From contig CAZMUX010000002.1 of NCBI GenBank assembly GCA_964569915.1, positions 71,695 to 135,694 of the forward strand: a stretch of 64,000 nucleotides of DNA, read 5' to 3'. Source of the DNA: an uncultured Barnesiella sp. (GTDB taxonomy: Bacteria; Bacteroidota; Bacteroidia; Bacteroidales; Muribaculaceae). A program made the position numbers and the translations under genes. The notes beneath the pieces are model-generated. The model had not been told where the DNA came from. It saw only the letters and a list, made by a program, of their open reading frames with translations, and did not search any database. Of the stretch, positions 59,955 through 64,000 are shown one piece after another; within the stretch, counting starts at the first letter, position 1, and every line of letters starts with the position of its first letter.

Positions 59955-61352
59955 GTGCCAAAGCTAAGTTTACATAGGGGATTCGGACGTTACATCCCTC
60001 TTCTTCAAACTATATGCGACTTCATTCTGCTTAACGCCATACTGCTTATTCTTGTGTTCTGGGTGCACCCCGAGCCATCGATGAGCGGAAAAAGGCGTTT
60101 CGTCTTTCTGTTAGCCAATGTAGCCATGATTGCCGTGTCGTCCTATTTCATGCGTGTGCACGGCAACCGCACGATTCACACCGAGCGGCTCATAGCGAGT
60201 TGCATCAAGGGCATATTGGCGCAGCAGGTACTATTTGTGGTGCTTATGTACCTGTTTATACCTGACGTTGGCTCTTCCCGCTTTTTCGGCATTGATTTAG
60301 CAGCTTGTGTCATAACTTTCCCGCTGATGTGGATAGTGAGCCATCAGATAATCAAGCAGTATCGCCGCTCGGGCGGGAACTCACGGAAAGTAGTGATTGT
60401 GGGCACCGGCGACACCGCCCTGCGTGTGCAGCGCAATCTGATGAGAGAGACCGGCTACGGCGTACACATTTTGGGATTTTTCGGGTCCGAACAGAATTCA
60501 GCGCCCGACGAATTATATAAAGGCTCAATCGACTTACTCGACTCATTCGTAAAAAAGAATAAAATCGAAGACATCTACTGCGCCGGCTCAACCGTAACCG
60601 AAGACGACATCAAAAGAACCATAAAGATAACCGACGACAATTTCTGTCAGTTCTACTATGTACCGCCGCTGAACCACCACATAAAGCGCAACTTTGCGCT
60701 TACGGCCGTCAACGGCTCGCTCCCTGCTCTGACCATGCACAGCCCGCAGATTCAGCGGCTCGGCAACCGTATGCTGAAACGCGCTTTCGACATCCTGTTT
60801 TCAGCAAGTGTGCTCGGCACAGCCCCATTGCTGCTGCCGCCCATAGCCATAGCCATCAAACTGTCGTCAAAAGGCCCGGTTTTCTTCACTCAGGAGCGCA
60901 CGGGCTACCGCGGCAAAAGCTTCAAATGCTACAAATTCCGCACGATGAAAGTTAACTCCGAGTCCGACTCCCGGCAAGCGACCAAAGACGATGACCGCAA
61001 GACTCGCCTCGGAAATTTCCTACGTCACACGTCAATCGACGAGCTTCCGCAATTTTGGAACGTATTCAAGGGAGATATGTCGGTGGTTGGTCCCCGCCCC
61101 CATATGCTTGCCCACACTGAAGAATACCGCCGCCTCATCGACCAGTATATGGTGAGACACATTGTGAAACCCGGCATCACCGGCTGGGCGCAAATTACGG
61201 GGTCACGCGGAGCCACCGACGAGCTGTGGCAGATGGAAGAGCGTGTTGACAAAGACGTGTGGTACATCGAGCACTGGTCGTTCATGCTCGACTTAAAGAT
61301 TATTATCCGCACCCTGACCAATGCAGCCCAAGGCGAGGAAAACGCCTACTAA
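59955..61352 (+). CDS. Undecaprenyl-phosphate sugar phosphotransferase (WcaJ/WbaP family)
   Basis: N-terminal TM segments, KRAFDI, YKFRTM, SIDELPQF, VGPRP, KPGITGWAQ. Confidence 0.93.
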   Translation: MPKLSLHRGFGRYIPLLQTICDFILLNAILLILVFWVHPEPSMSGKRRFVFLLANVAMIAVSSYFMRVHGNRTIHTERLIASCIKGILAQQVLFVVLMYLFIPDVGSSRFFGIDLAACVITFPLMWIVSHQIIKQYRRSGGNSRKVVIVGTGDTALRVQRNLMRETGYGVHILGFFGSEQNSAPDELYKGSIDLLDSFVKKNKIEDIYCAGSTVTEDDIKRTIKITDDNFCQFYYVPPLNHHIKRNFALTAVNGSLPALTMHSPQIQRLGNRMLKRAFDILFSASVLGTAPLLLPPIAIAIKLSSKGPVFFTQERTGYRGKSFKCYKFRTMKVNSESDSRQATKDDDRKTRLGNFLRHTSIDELPQFWNVFKGDMSVVGPRPHMLAHTEEYRRLIDQYMVRHIVKPGITGWAQITGSRGATDELWQMEERVDKDVWYIEHWSFMLDLKIIIRTLTNAAQGEENAY

Positions 61353-61391
61353 CGCTGCGCAACACGGCACAAAAGGAGTCGGCCAATAAAG

Positions 61392-61697
61392 CTATTTTCT
61401 GCGCGGATTGCGAGGGAACCATCCTTTGCGCACTCGCTCGCGCTGTTCAAAAAGCTCCTTAATGGTCCAGAAACTTGAGAAACTGAACACGCCGAGCAAA
61501 CTTGACCAGAACACATCGGCGATAACCACCGACAGCACGACCCCGCAAAGCCCCAACAGTAGGAACACCCACCATGGCTTAGTGCCGAAATAATATTCGG
61601 TCTTAATGCAAACGGGGTGAAATAGCCCTATGATAAGGAAAGTGCAGACGCCTATGGCGAGGCCGAGCAGATGATGCTCGGCAAGAAAGTCACTCAT
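61392..61697 (-). CDS. DUF4491-like small membrane protein
   Basis: FLIIGLFHP..K.EYYFG, ELFEQRERVRKGWFP.NP. Confidence 0.8.
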   Translation of the reverse strand: MSDFLAEHHLLGLAIGVCTFLIIGLFHPVCIKTEYYFGTKPWWVFLLLGLCGVVLSVVIADVFWSSLLGVFSFSSFWTIKELFEQRERVRKGWFPRNPRRK

Positions 61698-61727
61698 AAA
61701 CTCTATTAAGTGTAGGTTCTACAATAA

Positions 61728-62492
61728 TTATTTTTTGAAACGCTTGTAGGCCGCAGCCATTTTTGTGTCATATCCTTTTGATTTATAGCCCGGGCCGTTA
61801 TAGCGAAGTGAGAAGCCGTCCCAGTCCTTGGCTCGGATAAACCGCGTTAGATTTCGGGCGTTGCAGAAACGGGCGAAAAGTTCAAGCTGGTCGCGCTCGG
61901 AGCGGCTCATCAGCTCCACAAACTCATCGACACTATCGCATCCGCACAGTTTCCAGTTGAAACCGCCAATCTGGAACATTCCCCAGAACACCCCTTCGTT
62001 GGCCGTGTCGGAATCAAATTTACGAGCGGCCTCAAGACGCGCCCACTGTGCTTTCTGACGCGTGCCATACTTGCGCACATTCGGGCTTTGGAATGCTTCG
62101 GGAGCCGAAGCGCGCGCACTATTGATGCTGAGTCCGCGCCGAGATAGCTGCTGACGGTAGATGTTCAGATCGAAATTAATCAGCACACTGCCATCGTCAT
62201 TGAACCCCTGATGCCGGCCGCCGGTCTCAATATGCACGACAGCCTTTATTGCCGCCACTTCAACGCCGAGTTCCTCGGCCACTTCCTTATAATCTTCCTC
62301 GGTGAGCTCTTGAAGCCAGTGGCGTAACGACAGCTCCGGCATACGCACTTTTACGGGGAACGGAAATATGGTATCGGGTTCATATCCTCGAAAGAATTCG
62401 AGGGTGTCAACCTGATGCAGGAACAAACGGTCGTCGGAATCGGCGTCAAGCGATGCAAGAAGTGCCGAAAGAAGCAAGAGTGATTTTTTCAT
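61728..62492 (-). CDS. N-acetylmuramidase family protein (DUF3380-like) with signal peptide
   Basis: A.ELGVEVAAIKAVVHIETGG, WGMFQIGGFN, F..RYNGPGY...YDTKMAAAY; start set at MKKSLLL. Confidence 0.85.
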   Translation of the reverse strand: MKKSLLLLSALLASLDADSDDRLFLHQVDTLEFFRGYEPDTIFPFPVKVRMPELSLRHWLQELTEEDYKEVAEELGVEVAAIKAVVHIETGGRHQGFNDDGSVLINFDLNIYRQQLSRRGLSINSARASAPEAFQSPNVRKYGTRQKAQWARLEAARKFDSDTANEGVFWGMFQIGGFNWKLCGCDSVDEFVELMSRSERDQLELFARFCNARNLTRFIRAKDWDGFSLRYNGPGYKSKGYDTKMAAAYKRFKK

Positions 62493-62566
62493 GGCATGAA
62501 ATGTACGAGGCAAGCTGACCGGTCAGCATTAGTGTTAAAACTGTTATAAAAAGACCCGGTTATAAG

Positions 62567-62614
62567 AAAAACGGGAGCGCGTTTGTGCTCATTTCTGCAG
62601 CAACGCGCTCCCGT
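62567..62614 (-). terminator. Intrinsic terminator of pepD
   Basis: ACGGGAGCGCGTT / AACGCGCTCCCGT with a U-run on the minus strand. Confidence 0.75.
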
Positions 62615-62623
62615 AAAGGATGC

Positions 62624-64000
62624 TTATTTCGGCATTGTGGCCACTTTCTCAAGAATTCGGCGCAACTGATGCCAGAAGCGGTCAACAGCCGGAATGTTCA
62701 TGCGCTCCGACGGTGAGTGAACTCCCTGAAGGGTGGGACCGAACGAAACCATATCGAGTTCGGGATAAACCGATTTGAACAGTCCGCACTCCAAACCGGC
62801 ATGAATGGCCTTGATGGCGGGTTTCACACCATACAGCTCCTCGTAAGCGTCGCAAGCTATCTTCATGATAGGCGAATGCATATTGGGTTGCCATCCGGGA
62901 TAGCCGTCGCCATGCACAACCTCCGCTCCGGCCAGAGTGAACACAGCCTCCACCTGATTTGCTATATCCCATTTGCGTGACTCAACCGAGCTGCGCTGCG
63001 AGGTGGTGACAACAATCGTGTTGCCCTCTTTCATCTTCACGGCAGCGAGATTGGTTGATGTTTCCACGAGGCCTTCAAGGTCACGGCTCATTGAAATCAC
63101 TCCGTGAGGTGCGCAGTAAAGCGAGCGGATGAGGTTGATTGATGTGGCAGAGTCTATGCAGAATTCGGGAGCCTCGGTGCTTTCCATCTCAATGGTCATC
63201 GTAGGCTCAATGCCGGCATACTCATTGGCGATTTCAGCAGCATAATGATTGAGGGCTATGCGCACGTCCTCTTTTTTTGATGTATGTACTCCCACAACGG
63301 CGTGAGCGGCGCGAGCAATGGCGTTACGCAGATTGCCACCGTCAAATTCAGCTATGGAGATGTCGTGCTTCTTGCTCAGATTCCAGAGGAAACGGGCAAG
63401 AATCTTGTTGGCATTGGCGCGACCGAGGTGAATGTCGCCTCCGGAGTGACCTCCGAGGCCCTTTTCAACTGAAATTTTGAAGAACTGGAAATCGGTTGGC
63501 GACATTGAGCGCTCGTAATGGAATGTGGCAGTCGTGTCAACACCGCCGGCACAGCCAACAAACACTTCGGCGTCATCCTCGGAATCGAGGTTCAGAAGAA
63601 TAGAGCCTGAAATCATGCCTTTGCCGAGATTGAAGGCGCCGGTCATGCCGGTTTCCTCATCGACAGTCACGAGCACCTCAATCGGGCCGTGAACATAGGT
63701 GTCGTCAATCAGCGCGGCCAAAGATGCGGCAACGCCGATGCCGTTGTCGGCTCCGAGAGTCGTGCCGTCAGCATGAACCCAGTCGCCGTCAACTATAGTG
63801 CGTATAGCATTATTTTCAAAGTCAAATGATTTATCGTTTGACTCGCACACCATATCCATGTGGCCCTGCAGGATTACCGTGGGCGCGTTTTCATGGCCGG
63901 GCGTGGCTGCCTTGGATATAACCACATTGCCAACTTCATCGGTCTTGGCTGCGAGATTGTGCTTCTTGGCGAAATCAAGAAGCCACTGACGTATTTTTCC
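62624..64000 (-). CDS. pepD: Aminoacyl-histidine dipeptidase (M20C), N-terminus beyond window
   Basis: LQGHMDMV, TTLGADNGIG, DEETGM, NLDSED, GGHSG, IHAGLECG, HSP.E; frame stays open to the window edge. Confidence 0.93.
   Translation of the reverse strand, partial: GKIRQWLLDFAKKHNLAAKTDEVGNVVISKAATPGHENAPTVILQGHMDMVCESNDKSFDFENNAIRTIVDGDWVHADGTTLGADNGIGVAASLAALIDDTYVHGPIEVLVTVDEETGMTGAFNLGKGMISGSILLNLDSEDDAEVFVGCAGGVDTTATFHYERSMSPTDFQFFKISVEKGLGGHSGGDIHLGRANANKILARFLWNLSKKHDISIAEFDGGNLRNAIARAAHAVVGVHTSKKEDVRIALNHYAAEIANEYAGIEPTMTIEMESTEAPEFCIDSATSINLIRSLYCAPHGVISMSRDLEGLVETSTNLAAVKMKEGNTIVVTTSQRSSVESRKWDIANQVEAVFTLAGAEVVHGDGYPGWQPNMHSPIMKIACDAYEELYGVKPAIKAIHAGLECGLFKSVYPELDMVSFGPTLQGVHSPSERMNIPAVDRFWHQLRRILEKVATMPK

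Overview
Core-genome segment of a Bacteroidales chromosome. The gene set, TAnnTTTG promoters and C-ending codon bias fit a Muribaculaceae-like gut organism; the taxon is an inference. Most of the window is housekeeping: btuF/C/D-like ABC transporter, sdhCAB, dus, parC, pnp, a 4-subunit 2-oxoacid:ferredoxin oxidoreductase, ndk, ribH, recF, menA, xseAB, DEAD helicase, ispD, recG, pyrE, argH, pepD, tRNA-Gly(CCC) and tRNA-Tyr(GUA). I saw no CRISPR array, integrase, transposase or prophage. The best candidate for an undescribed system is an alpha-glucan locus with no SusC/SusD (40.6-47.7 kb): a GH31, a non-catalytic T9SS-secreted protein (CBM98-like domain + GLUG repeats) and a multidomain MalS-like GH13 amylase whose C-terminus looks scarred. 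An unlinked secreted debranching-like enzyme shares a 20-bp upstream motif with the GH31. Features missing from the ORF track: a ~260-bp MITE-like element with dispersed solo ends, a ~200-nt standalone sRNA (probably Bacteroidales-1), REP-like hairpins and three short gene relics (a queF N-terminus, an amylase CBM98-like fragment, and a frameshifted tail behind the amylase). Also noted: a CxxC tandem repeat on SdhC and a PfkB kinase lacking its catalytic motif. All domain calls are from motif recognition by eye, not database searches.
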